64,000 nucleotides of DNA. Source: Vicinamibacteria bacterium (GTDB taxonomy: Bacteria > Acidobacteriota > Vicinamibacteria > Marinacidobacterales > Marinacidobacteraceae). Below the pieces are notes generated by a model, which saw nothing but the letters and a program-made list of their open reading frames with translations, was not told the origin of the DNA and ran no database searches. The position numbers and the translations under genes were made by a program. The first letter of the stretch is position 1. Each line of letters begins with the position of its first letter. The stretch lies in the NCBI GenBank assembly GCA_963422395.1, contig OY729431.1:1664001-1728000 (forward strand), written 5' to 3'. Below, piece after piece: positions 9,295 to 22,159 of this stretch.

Positions 9295-10794
9295 TCAGGA
9301 GCCGTATCCGGCCGGCAGGGACCACTTCCCGTTCCGGACCAGAGCGCGCCCCTCGCCCCGCAGCTTGACGAGCCCCGCGGTCAGGGCGGTGAGCGCCAGC
9401 TTCCGCGACGGTCCGGTTTCGGGAATCTCACTCGCGGAATAGACCTTGAGCCCGATCTCCTCGAGGTCCTGCGGGCGGGCGCCCAGAGCGGCGAGCAGAC
9501 TCGCTTCCCGCGCCTCGCGATGGCGGATCTGACGCTCGAGGAGGCTCCGTCCGGCGGCCACCGGAACCCCGTGCCCCGGATACACGAACCCGCGGCACTC
9601 GCCGGCGAGCCGACGCAGCGAGTCCAGGTACTGCGCCAGATCGCCGTCCTCCGAAGAGATCAGGATCGAGGACAGCGAAGACACCATGTCGCCCACCGCC
9701 ATCGCTCCGTAACGGCTCTCGACGAAGGAGAGGTGCCCCGGAGAGTGCCCGGGGGTGAAGCGGACCGCGAGGGTCCAGCCCGGAGATCCATCGGGCGCGG
9801 TTCCGAGGTCGAACTTCTCTCCGCCCACCAGCCGCATCACCGGGGCGTCGAGTCCCGGCGGCATCCGCGCCAGCGTCTCCGGGTGTGCGCCCACCGGGAC
9901 CCCATAGCGCGCGGCGGCGGCAGCGACCGACCCGATGTGGTCGCGGTGGTGGTGGGTCACGAGCACGGCCTCGAGGCGGTCCGCCGGTCCGAGCATCCGG
10001 TCCACCTTTTCGAAGAGCGCCTCGCGCTCCGCCGGATCCTCGGGGGCGGGATCCACGAGATAGCGGCGCGAGGCACCGATCAGCAGCGCGTTCGTATGGG
10101 TGGCCGGCGGCAAGGTCGGGGTCCGGCAGGGGATCATCCCGATCCCCGGCGAATAACGCACGACCGGCCGGATCCTGCCGGCGGCCCGATTCCGCTCCCG
10201 AAATACCGTGTCGTCGGAAGACCAGCGCTCGAGCAGTCCGATGATCGGCGGGGCGAGCGCCAGTTCGCCGCGGCGCCATCGGGACAGGGCCGCGTTCGGC
10301 GCGAGACAGACCGCCTCCACGATCTCTCCGGGCCAGATGGCAGCCGCCGCGCCTTCCGGCATCGGGAGCCGGTAGAAGTGCGCGTCGAAACGGAAGGGCG
10401 CCGACTCGGGGGTCAGCCGCTGTTCCACCAGGGCGAAGTCCGCGGCGTCCACTTCTGCGTCCACGCGCTCGAGAAACCCGGCGAGGTCCATCTTCCCGGC
10501 GAGCAGTTCCCGGCGGCACTCCTCCCAGACCGCAGCCGGCCACTTCCGATTTCCGCGCCCCAGGAACACCCCGGTCTCCTCGAATGCCTCCCGAGCGGCG
10601 GCGGCGATCCGGGCGGCCTGCGCGCGGTCAGCGGCTCCGCGGACCGGGACCCGCCAATCCGCCTTCGAGAGCGTCCCTCCCGGAAACACCCACAGATCGG
10701 GGAACGCCCGGAGCCGGGGCGAGCGCCGCACCAGCAACACCCGTTCGTCCCGAGTCAGCATCACCGAAGCCGCAGCCCGGGGTTCCCCCGCCAT
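9295..10794 (-). CDS. NUDIX domain plus MBL-fold metallo-hydrolase fusion (LACTB2-like)
   Basis: FPGG...AREAFEETG Nudix box; THHHRDH and TPGH MBL motifs. Confidence 0.85.
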   Translation of the reverse strand: MAGEPRAAASVMLTRDERVLLVRRSPRLRAFPDLWVFPGGTLSKADWRVPVRGAADRAQAARIAAAAREAFEETGVFLGRGNRKWPAAVWEECRRELLAGKMDLAGFLERVDAEVDAADFALVEQRLTPESAPFRFDAHFYRLPMPEGAAAAIWPGEIVEAVCLAPNAALSRWRRGELALAPPIIGLLERWSSDDTVFRERNRAAGRIRPVVRYSPGIGMIPCRTPTLPPATHTNALLIGASRRYLVDPAPEDPAEREALFEKVDRMLGPADRLEAVLVTHHHRDHIGSVAAAAARYGVPVGAHPETLARMPPGLDAPVMRLVGGEKFDLGTAPDGSPGWTLAVRFTPGHSPGHLSFVESRYGAMAVGDMVSSLSSILISSEDGDLAQYLDSLRRLAGECRGFVYPGHGVPVAAGRSLLERQIRHREAREASLLAALGARPQDLEEIGLKVYSASEIPETGPSRKLALTALTAGLVKLRGEGRALVRNGKWSLPAGYGS

Positions 10795-10880
10795 GAACAG
10801 AGGAGCTTAGGCGCCGGCGCCGCCAGTCTGCGGGCAGGGAACGCCGAGGATGTCCCGGCGGTGGAGTCGGCAGCCCGTGG

Positions 10881-11837
10881 ATGGAGTGGGGCGAGCTTCC
10901 AGACCGGTCCCGTTCCCCGCTGCCTCCGGTGAAGACCCTGCCCGCCCTTCCGTTCGGCGGCCTCCTGGCCGAGGGCGAAGCGGCGGTGCGGTCCCGGGTC
11001 TCCCTCGTCGGGGTTCGAGATGCGAGCCAGTCCACCTGGCACGGAAGATGTGCGGACGCTCCCCCGGCCATCCGGGCGGCATACGACGGCGCGTGTTACA
11101 ACCCCGTCTCGGAGACCGGGGTGGATTGTGCCGGCGCCGTCGCCGACCTCGGCGACCTGCACCCGGCTGCTGGCGGGTTCGAACGGAACAGCGCCCGTTA
11201 TACGGAAGTGCTGCAAGGCGAACTCGACCGCGGGCGCACTCCTTTCGTACTCGGCGGCGATCACGCCATAACCCCTGCCCTGGTCGCCGCCTGGACCGGA
11301 CGAGAGCCGCTCCAGGTCGTCCAGTGGGACGCCCACCCCGATCTGTATCCAGAATTCGAGGGCAATCGGAATTCCCACGCCTCGACCGCAGCGCGCCTCC
11401 TGGAAATGCCGCAGGTGGCAAGCCTGACCCAGATCGGCATCCGCACCGAAACCGCCGGGCAGCGCGAGGTCCGGGAGGCCGCCGGCGGCCGCGTGGTCTC
11501 GATTTCGGCATGGGAAGCGGAAGACCGGCGCACTCTGCTCGCCCATCTTCCGGCGAATGCGCCGATCTATCTCACCTTCGACATGGACGGCTTCGACCCG
11601 GCCTTCGCCCCCGCCGTCGCCCACCCCGTCCCCGGCGGCCTTTCGGCGCGCCGAGGGCTCGCCCTCATCCGGGAAATCCATGAGAGCGGGCGCCGGATCG
11701 TGGGCATGGATGTCGTGGAGGCATGTCCCGAGGACGGCGACGGGCGCACCCTGATCCTCGCCGCCCGCCTGATCCACGAAGGCGTCGCCACCGTATTGGC
11801 CCGGCAGCCCGGATTCCGGACGACCCTCGTCGATTGA
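10881..11837 (+). CDS. Agmatinase/arginase (ureohydrolase) family protein
   Basis: GGDHAIT, WDAHPD, DMDGFD Mn-binding motifs; start uncertain (GTG 10929 possible). Confidence 0.85.
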   Translation: MEWGELPDRSRSPLPPVKTLPALPFGGLLAEGEAAVRSRVSLVGVRDASQSTWHGRCADAPPAIRAAYDGACYNPVSETGVDCAGAVADLGDLHPAAGGFERNSARYTEVLQGELDRGRTPFVLGGDHAITPALVAAWTGREPLQVVQWDAHPDLYPEFEGNRNSHASTAARLLEMPQVASLTQIGIRTETAGQREVREAAGGRVVSISAWEAEDRRTLLAHLPANAPIYLTFDMDGFDPAFAPAVAHPVPGGLSARRGLALIREIHESGRRIVGMDVVEACPEDGDGRTLILAARLIHEGVATVLARQPGFRTTLVD

Positions 11838-11863
11838 CCGCCGGGCCGGATCAGCGAGGCGGT

Positions 11864-13162
11864 CTATTCGGCGGCGATCACCGCTTCGATCTCGGCGTCG
11901 GTGAGGATCCGGCGGGCGCGCTTCGCGGCCTGGAAGATGCGGTGTTTCCGCTCGTCGGTGGGTTCATGGCCGCGTTGTTCGAGCCAGTAGACGACATTCG
12001 ACAGGCCGCTCATCGGCCCTACTTCGACCTGCTGGTGGAGGCCGTATTCCCCCGCGGGAACGCCGGAATAGACGCGGTCGGCCAGCCAGTCGTCGCCCTT
12101 GGCCATCGCCTTGATGATCGCGGCGGCGTGGACGCCGGTGCCGGTGCGGAAAGCGTCCTTCCCGACCACCGGGTACCCGGCCGGGATGACCATGCCGGTC
12201 GCTTCGGCAGCGACCATGCAGTATTCGCGCAGACGGGTGAGATCGTTGGAGATCCAGCCCAGCAGGCGCAGGTTCACCAGCAGCTGATCCATCGGGGTGT
12301 TGCCGCAGCGTTCGCCGATCCCGATGGCCGTGCCGTGAACGCAGTCGGCGCCGGACTCGATGGCGGTGAGGCTGTTCGGCACCGAGAGCCCGCGGTCCCG
12401 GTGGCCGTGCCAATCCAGCTGGACCGCTTCCCCGCTGGAGTCGATCACCTCGCGAACGAAGCGGAGAAGCCGGGTGACTCCGTCGGGCGTCGCGTGGCCC
12501 ACCGTGTCGCACACGACGATCCGCCGCGACCCGGCCTCGATCGCGGCCGTGTAGAGGCGCCGCAGGTTCTCGGGGTGCGCTCGGGTGGTGTCCTCGGTGA
12601 CATACATGGGCGGCAGGCCGTGGGCGACCGCCCAGGAGACCGCAGTCTCGGTATGCCGGAGGAGCAGGTCGAGGTTCCAGTCCTCGGCGTACTGCCGGAT
12701 CGGACTCGAACCGATGAACATGGCCACCTCGATGGGCATCCCGACCTGGTCGGCCACGCGCGCGATGGGCTCGATGTCCCCCACGACGGTTCGCGCCGCG
12801 CAGTTGGGCCGGATCCGCATCCGGTTCTCCACGATCTCGCGGGCGAGGTGGAGGACTTGTCGTTCCACCTGGGGGCCGGCGGCGGGAAGGCCGATGTCGG
12901 CAGAGTGGATACCGAGCTCTTCCATGAGATGGAGCACCTCGGTTTTCTTCTCGAGCGGCGGGGACACGACCGACGGGCTCTGCAGTCCGTCGCGCAGGGT
13001 CTCGTCGTTCAGCCGAACCGGTTTCGGAGGGGACCACGCGTTCTCGGAGTCGGGCCGATTCCAGTCGTAGATCAGCGCTCCGGCAGCGGCACTCGCCGGC
13101 GCCGGAAGCGAAAACTCCGGCTCTTCGGCGTCCCCGGCGCTCCGTTCGGGATCAGCCCCCAT
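11864..13162 (-). CDS. Short LeuA-like DRE-TIM acyl-CoA condensing enzyme (isopropylmalate/homocitrate/citramalate synthase family)
   Basis: DETLRDGLQ, HGHRDRG, GIGERCGN; no C-terminal regulatory domain. Confidence 0.8.
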   Translation of the reverse strand: MGADPERSAGDAEEPEFSLPAPASAAAGALIYDWNRPDSENAWSPPKPVRLNDETLRDGLQSPSVVSPPLEKKTEVLHLMEELGIHSADIGLPAAGPQVERQVLHLAREIVENRMRIRPNCAARTVVGDIEPIARVADQVGMPIEVAMFIGSSPIRQYAEDWNLDLLLRHTETAVSWAVAHGLPPMYVTEDTTRAHPENLRRLYTAAIEAGSRRIVVCDTVGHATPDGVTRLLRFVREVIDSSGEAVQLDWHGHRDRGLSVPNSLTAIESGADCVHGTAIGIGERCGNTPMDQLLVNLRLLGWISNDLTRLREYCMVAAEATGMVIPAGYPVVGKDAFRTGTGVHAAAIIKAMAKGDDWLADRVYSGVPAGEYGLHQQVEVGPMSGLSNVVYWLEQRGHEPTDERKHRIFQAAKRARRILTDAEIEAVIAAE

Positions 13163-13961
13163 GCCGAATGCCCTCTCGAAGACCGGGGATCGTGGCTCCC
13201 AACGCGTGGAAGCCGCTGTCCACATGGAGGACCTCTCCGGTCACCCCGCGCGCCGCATCGGAAAGGAGGAAGGCCGCCGCGTCCCCCACTTCCATCGGAT
13301 CGGTCTCGGCCCGAAGGGGAGCGTGCTCCCGGTAGTGCTCCACCATCCTCCCGATTCCGGACACCCCCGACGCGGCGAGGGTCTTCGCCGGACCGGCCGA
13401 GATCGCATTCACCCGCACGCCGCGCGGGCCGAGATCGCTCGCCAGATAGCGGACCGAGGACTCGAGCGCCGCCTTGGCGACCCCCATCACATTGTAGTGA
13501 GGGACCGCGCGCTCACCGCCCAGATAGCTGAGGGTGAGGACGGAGCCGCCCCCGTCCGCCTCGAGGAGCGGCGCGAAGCGGCGGACCAGCGCAGTGAGCG
13601 AATAGACCGAGACCTCGTGGGCGATGCGAAACCCATCGCGGGAGGTGGAAACGAAGCTCCCCTCCAGATCTGCGCGGAGTGCGAAGGCGACCGCGTGCAC
13701 CAGAAAGTCCAGCCCCCCGAAGTGGGCGGCGACGGTTTCGACCGCGGCGTCCAATTGGGCATCCTCGGCAACATCGAGCGGCAGCGTGAGCGTCCCCGGA
13801 AGCTGCGAAGCCAGCTTGTCCACATTCCGCTGGAGCCGGGCGTTTTGGAAACTGAGCGCGAACGAGGCTCCTTCCCGGGCCGCGGCCCGCGCGATCCCCC
13901 AAGCGAAGGAGCGCTGGTTGGCGACCCCGACGATCAGCCCTCGTTTTCCTTCGAGCAACAC
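13152..13961 (-). CDS. fabI: Enoyl-ACP reductase
   Basis: GKRGLIVGVANQRSFAWGIA, YNVMGVAKAALE, NAISAGP. Confidence 0.93.
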   Translation of the reverse strand: MLLEGKRGLIVGVANQRSFAWGIARAAAREGASFALSFQNARLQRNVDKLASQLPGTLTLPLDVAEDAQLDAAVETVAAHFGGLDFLVHAVAFALRADLEGSFVSTSRDGFRIAHEVSVYSLTALVRRFAPLLEADGGGSVLTLSYLGGERAVPHYNVMGVAKAALESSVRYLASDLGPRGVRVNAISAGPAKTLAASGVSGIGRMVEHYREHAPLRAETDPMEVGDAAAFLLSDAARGVTGEVLHVDSGFHALGATIPGLREGIRHGG

Positions 13962-13986
13962 GGTTCCGAATATAACAAGAGGACGA

Positions 13987-15555
13987 TCAGCCGGAACACA
14001 CCCGGGCGGGCGGGATCGGGATCGCGTCTGCGGCTTCGAGGAAACAGGCGAGCCGGATCAGCCCCCGCTCCCCGCCCGGCCCCCCGACGAGTTGAGCGCC
14101 CAGCGGCATCCCGTTCCCGTCGAACCCTGCCGGAACCTGAAGCGCCGGCAGACCGGTGAGATCGAAGGGTCCGACGAGCCGGATCAATCCGGGACGAACC
14201 TCCTCACCGGTGGCGAGCAGCACTTCCCCGGCCTCCGGGGCTCCTGCGGGAGTCGTAGGAACCACCAAGGCATCCACCCGATCGAAGAGCCGGGTGCAGG
14301 CATCGGTGACGAGCCGCCGTCCGGCGAGCGCAGTCATCAGCTCGCCTGCGGAAAACCGACTCCCGACTTCCAGCAGGATCCGCACCTCGCGGCTCATGTC
14401 GTGCGGCCGCCGGGCGAGCTTCTCCCGATGCGCCGCTGCCGCTTCCGCGAAGGCGAGCACATCGCGCGACACACCGGAGAGTTCGGCTTCGGGGATACGC
14501 ACTCCCACCGACTCGGCGCCGAGGCCGACGAGCATCTCGACGACCCGGTCAGCGGCCCGCCGGGCAGGTCGGGAGAGATCTGTGTAGAAGAAGTCGAGCG
14601 GAACTCCCAGCCGCACCCCGGCGAGCGGCCGGGAACCCGGGCTCGCAGCCGACCGGTCGTCCGCCGGCTCCCCCGAGAGGACTTCCCAGAGGATCTCGAT
14701 GTCCCGGGCGCTGCGGGTGATCGGACCGAGGTGGTCGAGGCTCCAGGAAAGCGGCGTGACTCCGGTTCGCGGCAGGCGGCCGTACGACGGCTTGAGCCCG
14801 AAGACTCCGGTGAGCGCCGCCGGAATTCGGATGGATCCGCCGGTGTCGGTGCCGATCGCACCGTAACCGATTCCGGCGGCGACTGCCGCCGCCGAGCCCG
14901 AGGACGATCCCCCGGGAATCCGTTTCGGATCGTGGGGATTGCGGGTGGGGCCGAAGTTGGGATTGTCCCCGGTGACCCCGAAGGCGAATTCCTGGAGATT
15001 GTTCTTGCCGATCAGGATGGCGCCGGCATCGGCGAGGGCCTGCCACGCCGGCGCGCTCCGAATCGCCGCGCGCGGAAAGCGCGAACCGGAAGTCGTGGTG
15101 AGCCCGGCGACATCCACGATGTCCTTGACGCACAAAGGAATCCCGCGGAGGCGCCCGGCCTCCGTCCGCCCACGCCGGGCGTCCGCTCGCTCGGCTTCCT
15201 CGATCGCTTCCGGGCGAAGCTGGAGAAACGCCCCCAGCGGCCGATCGGATTCCGCGCGTTCCAGGGCTTCGCGCACGATCGCGGCGGCCGAAATCCGGCC
15301 CGCGGCGAGAGCGGCCGCGGTCTCGACCAGACTCCCCGGAGGGGAAGAGTCCGGCGCTGGCGGCGGCCCGGCTCGCTTCGGTCCACTGACGGGTCGGCAG
15401 GCGGCCCGCGCTGCCAACTCTCCCGCGGTCAGCGGCTCCGGCGGATCCGGAAGGCGCGCGAGCAGGGCCCCGAGGCTCTCGATCTCCCTCCGCAGGCCCG
15501 TGAGCCGCTCCTGGACCGCACTGCGGTCCGCCGCCCCGAACCCCTCTTCTCTCAC
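13987..15555 (-). CDS. Amidase signature family enzyme
   Basis: VKD, PGGSSSGSA, GTDTGGSIRIPA; start placed at GTG 15555. Confidence 0.88.
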   Translation of the reverse strand: MREEGFGAADRSAVQERLTGLRREIESLGALLARLPDPPEPLTAGELAARAACRPVSGPKRAGPPPAPDSSPPGSLVETAAALAAGRISAAAIVREALERAESDRPLGAFLQLRPEAIEEAERADARRGRTEAGRLRGIPLCVKDIVDVAGLTTTSGSRFPRAAIRSAPAWQALADAGAILIGKNNLQEFAFGVTGDNPNFGPTRNPHDPKRIPGGSSSGSAAAVAAGIGYGAIGTDTGGSIRIPAALTGVFGLKPSYGRLPRTGVTPLSWSLDHLGPITRSARDIEILWEVLSGEPADDRSAASPGSRPLAGVRLGVPLDFFYTDLSRPARRAADRVVEMLVGLGAESVGVRIPEAELSGVSRDVLAFAEAAAAHREKLARRPHDMSREVRILLEVGSRFSAGELMTALAGRRLVTDACTRLFDRVDALVVPTTPAGAPEAGEVLLATGEEVRPGLIRLVGPFDLTGLPALQVPAGFDGNGMPLGAQLVGGPGGERGLIRLACFLEAADAIPIPPARVCSG

Positions 15556-15575
15556 GAGCCCGTGGGAAAGGCGCC

Positions 15576-15770
15576 CTACTTCGCCGTGCCGAGCACTCGC
15601 GACGGCAGGCGCACTATGGTTCCGAGGAGCGAGAACACTCCGTCCACCGCGATGCCGAGAAGGCGCAGCGGCAGCAGGAGCAGCCAGACGAAGGGATAAC
15701 AAACGAGGGCGAGGAACGCCAGCGGCCAGCAGAGAACCAGGAGGAGCAGCCAGAGGAGAAAACCGGTCAC
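15576..15770 (-). CDS. Small hydrophobic membrane protein
   Basis: 64 aa, LLWLLLLVLCWPLAFLALVCYPFVWLLLLP; fits between ligA and the amidase. Confidence 0.65.
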   Translation of the reverse strand: MTGFLLWLLLLVLCWPLAFLALVCYPFVWLLLLPLRLLGIAVDGVFSLLGTIVRLPSRVLGTAK

Positions 15771-15780
15771 GCGGCGAAGA

Positions 15781-18746
<2,966 letters not shown>

Positions 18747-18757
18747 AGCCCATCCTC

Positions 18758-20008
18758 ATGAAGAGAAAACCGGGAACCGCCACCGTTTTCCAGGCGCTGG
18801 CCGCTTTCCTCGGGGCCTTCGCGGCCATCATCGGCATCGGCATCGCGATCGCCCGGACCGGGCTGCCGCTGGACCTAGCGATCCTGCTGACCCCGGCCGC
18901 GACCCTGCTGGTCGTCATCGGCGCGATCCGGGTCTTCCGCCTGCGGCCGTATCCGACGCTTCGTTTGCGCCCGGCGAAGAACAGCCACCTCCTCCTGTCG
19001 GTCCCAGTGGCCCTTGCGCTCTTCGTCGTGAGCGACCAGCTCGCCAACCTGAGCCGCGTCTTCATCCCCATCGACGAAAACTACATCCGTGCGGTCTCCG
19101 AACTGGTGCGCGCCGAGGGCCCGCTCTCCTGGCTCATCCGACTCGCCGGCATCGGTTTCGGCGCAGCACTCTCCGAGGAACTGCTGTTCCGCGGCTTGAT
19201 CCTCAGCGGCCTCCGCCCCCTCGGTCGGACCGGCGCCATCGTGGCTTCGGCCCTGTTGTTCACCGTGATGCACGGCCTCCTGCTGCCCAACTACTTCGTC
19301 GCCGGAATCGTCCTCGGACTCGCAGCGACGGGCACCGGGAGCATCCTGGTTCCCATCTCCATCCACCTTTTCCACAATGTGGCCGCGCTCCTGCTGTTCA
19401 ACCTAGCCGACCTCGAGACGCTCGGCGACCCGCTCTGGACTCCCGCCGGAATCCTGATCCCGGCGATCGGCATCCTGATGATCGGAGGGGCGGTGTATCT
19501 CCGGGGCATGACGGCCGAAATCCGGAAATCGGCCAGCGTGCGGAAAACCGCCGACTCCACTTCCGAGACTCTCCTCCCCGGCCCTCCTCCCGGCGCTTTC
19601 AACATCACCCGGGACCTGATCGAGGTGCCGCGGGGCCGCCGCCGTCTCGGGTTCCTGGTCCTCGCTGCCTCCATGATCGCCGGACTCCTCATCGCCTCCG
19701 GCCTCGTCGGATACCTCGGCTACCTGACGGATCCGGGGCCGCCGCGCGCCGCGGCCATCCAGATGCTGCACCGCATCTCCCGGGAGTCGCTGACTCCGGA
19801 GGCCGCGGCGCGCGGCGCCGAAATCGATGCTGCGTTCGAGACCCTGTCCGAGCTGAACCGTGAGGGGCGGATCCGCTTCCGCCATCTCTGGCGCGCCGCA
19901 CAGGTGGTGGCAGCGGCGACCGCCGACGGAGATTTCGGAGATCTCGATGTGGAACGCTTGCTGATGACGGTCGGCACCATCCGGCGAGAACAGCGGCCGG
20001 GCGACTGA
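18758..20008 (+). CDS. CPBP/CAAX (Abi) family intramembrane metalloprotease with C-terminal extension
   Basis: EELLFRG, FTVMH, HLFHN motifs; multiple TM helices. Confidence 0.85.
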   Translation: MKRKPGTATVFQALAAFLGAFAAIIGIGIAIARTGLPLDLAILLTPAATLLVVIGAIRVFRLRPYPTLRLRPAKNSHLLLSVPVALALFVVSDQLANLSRVFIPIDENYIRAVSELVRAEGPLSWLIRLAGIGFGAALSEELLFRGLILSGLRPLGRTGAIVASALLFTVMHGLLLPNYFVAGIVLGLAATGTGSILVPISIHLFHNVAALLLFNLADLETLGDPLWTPAGILIPAIGILMIGGAVYLRGMTAEIRKSASVRKTADSTSETLLPGPPPGAFNITRDLIEVPRGRRRLGFLVLAASMIAGLLIASGLVGYLGYLTDPGPPRAAAIQMLHRISRESLTPEAAARGAEIDAAFETLSELNREGRIRFRHLWRAAQVVAAATADGDFGDLDVERLLMTVGTIRREQRPGD

Positions 20009-20059
20009 CGAGCGCCGCGCGAAGCGGGCTCGGACAGTATGGAAAACGCGCGGCGGCCG

Positions 20060-20593
20060 CTACTGCTCTCCCCCGCCTGCAACGGGTCCCGTCCGGCGGA
20101 GAAACAGCGGCGACCACATGGCGATCACTCCGAGCCCCATCAGCAGCCCCCCGACGAGCGGACTCCGGGAGAGCAGCACGAACCCGCCGGAGAGGCAGTG
20201 CACCACCACGCTCATGTAGGCCGCCATCACGAGCAGCCGGGCGGGACGGTCCGAAGTCCGCATGGCGAAGAGCGGCAGCGTTTCCAGCGCTGCGGTGAGG
20301 ACCGCGCTTCGGAGCAGCAGCGACCAGAGGCCGAACGGCTCCTGGAACGCCATCCCCACGATGGCGGAGAAGAGCGACGCCGCAAGCGCCGACCGATAAG
20401 GACGCCGCCCGTCGAGCCAGCGGATCATCAGCGCCTTGAGCGGGGTGAAGAGCGCCACCAGTCCGAGCGCCAACAGGAAATCCGCCGGGTCGCCCCTTCG
20501 ACTCCCTACCCGGAGCGCGGCGGCAACCATCACCAGGGCGAGCCCTCCGAGAAAGACGCCGCGCACCGGCGGAACCAGGTGTCGGGCGCTCAC
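20060..20593 (-). CDS. Hypothetical multi-pass membrane protein
   Basis: Hydrophobic 3' part of ORF 20060..21721; GTG overlaps the lysA stop. Confidence 0.6.
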   Translation of the reverse strand: MSARHLVPPVRGVFLGGLALVMVAAALRVGSRRGDPADFLLALGLVALFTPLKALMIRWLDGRRPYRSALAASLFSAIVGMAFQEPFGLWSLLLRSAVLTAALETLPLFAMRTSDRPARLLVMAAYMSVVVHCLSGGFVLLSRSPLVGGLLMGLGVIAMWSPLFLRRTGPVAGGGEQ

Positions 20594-21885
20594 TGCGGAA
20601 CCAGCACCGACGCCGCAGCGAGTTCGCGGGCGGCCACCTCCGGCGGCGTCTCCGGCTGACGGGCGAGAACAGCCGCCCCGTCCCGAAGGACCACCTCCGC
20701 CGGCCGGGGGCGCAGGTTGTAGTTCGAGGACATCGAAAAGCCATAGGCCCCAGCGTCCAGGACGCCCAGCAGGTCTCCCGGCTCGGGCGGGGTCAGCATT
20801 CGGTTGCGGGCGAAGGCATCGCCCGTCTCGCAGACCCCACCGACCACATCGAACGCCCGCTCTTCGGTGCCCCGCACCCGGAGCGGAACGATGCGGTGGT
20901 AGGCCCCGTACATCGCCGGACGGAGGAAGTCGTTCATCCCTCCATCCACGACACAGAATTCGCGGCCGCCGGTGCGTTTCGTGTGGAGCACCCGGACGAC
21001 GAGGACTCCGGCCGGCCCGAAGAGTGCCCGGCCCGGCTCGAAGACCACCGCCGGCTCCATCCCGCCCGCGGTCTCCCGCAGAGCGTCCCGAACCGCTTCC
21101 GCATAGACAGCGAGCGAAATCTCCGCTTCCCCCAAGCGCTGCGGGATACCGAGTCCGCCCCCGACATCCACCAGCCGGACCGGCGTTCCCGCGCGCCGGA
21201 GTTTCGCAAACACCGCGCCGAGACGTCGGGCGCTCGCCGTCAGCGTCGAAAGATCGAGGATCTGGGAGCCGATATGCGCGTGGACCCCGAGGATCTCGAC
21301 CGCCGGCCATTCCCGGCGGCGCTTTGCCAGCGAGAGGAGTTCGGCCTCCGAGATCCCGAACTTGGCGGTCGCGGAACCGGTGGCGATCTTCGGATGGGTC
21401 GGCGCACTGATCGCCGGATTCAGGCGAAGCGCCACTCGTGCCCGGAGCCCGCGCGAAGCTGCGCGGGCGTCCAGAAGGGCGAGTTCGGCCTCGGACTCGA
21501 TCGAGAGGAAACGCACTCCGAGGTCGAGCGCGGTATCCAGATCGGCCTTCGTCTTGCCGACTCCCGACATGACGATCCGCTCCTCCGGAACCCCGATGCC
21601 GGCGGCGACCAGGAGCTCCGCAGCAGAAACGGCTTCCACTCCGGCGCCGCGCCGAACGAGCGGCGTGACCAGCGCCGGGAGCGCGTTCGCCTTGAGGGGC
21701 AGGGCGATCAGGTGGTCGCACCCGAACAGCGCCTTCTCGATCCGGGCGTAGCGCTCGGCGACAGCGGCCCCGCTATAGACATAGGCCGGAGTGGGGGCGC
21801 CTGCCTCGGCGAGTGCCGTCTCGATCGCGGTCCCTTCCGCTTCGAGCGATCCCCCGAGGCCGTAGCGAAAAACGGAGTGCAACAT
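20590..21885 (-). CDS. lysA: Diaminopimelate decarboxylase
   Basis: LKAN PLP lysine, HIGSQI, VGGGLG, EPGR, RPAMY, GGVCETGD, GAYGFSMSSNYN. Confidence 0.93.
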   Translation of the reverse strand: MLHSVFRYGLGGSLEAEGTAIETALAEAGAPTPAYVYSGAAVAERYARIEKALFGCDHLIALPLKANALPALVTPLVRRGAGVEAVSAAELLVAAGIGVPEERIVMSGVGKTKADLDTALDLGVRFLSIESEAELALLDARAASRGLRARVALRLNPAISAPTHPKIATGSATAKFGISEAELLSLAKRRREWPAVEILGVHAHIGSQILDLSTLTASARRLGAVFAKLRRAGTPVRLVDVGGGLGIPQRLGEAEISLAVYAEAVRDALRETAGGMEPAVVFEPGRALFGPAGVLVVRVLHTKRTGGREFCVVDGGMNDFLRPAMYGAYHRIVPLRVRGTEERAFDVVGGVCETGDAFARNRMLTPPEPGDLLGVLDAGAYGFSMSSNYNLRPRPAEVVLRDGAAVLARQPETPPEVAARELAAASVLVPQ

Positions 21886-21910
21886 CTCGTCCCCCGTACC
21901 GGCCGCCCCT

Positions 21911-22071
21911 TAGCAGTCTGTGGATGAAGCGGCGCGAGCCTTCGCCTTCGGCCGTGTGTTCCATGCGGGACCGGGAAGGCCCCGCGAACACGCCGGAGAG
22001 CGAGGGGCTCCCGATCGGGGGTCCTCGACCGGGAACTCCTCGCTACTCGGCACTTCGTCCACAGGCTGCCA
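21911..22071. mobile_element. MITE-like element, copy 3 (same TIRs, different interior)
   Basis: tagcagtctgtggatgaag ... cttcgtccacaggctgcca inverted ends; internal 22-bp imperfect hairpin. Confidence 0.65.
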
Positions 22072-22159
22072 ACAGCCGGCACCACCCTTCACGCCGGACA
22101 TCAGGCAATCCCGGAATGTATCATCGGGCGCCTTTTCTTCCCCCTCCCGGAGGCTCGCC

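Noticed and set aside
18758-20008. CPBP/Abi protease as a phage-defence or bacteriocin-immunity gene
   Set aside because: No defence or bacteriocin neighbours; the family is widespread in housekeeping contexts.
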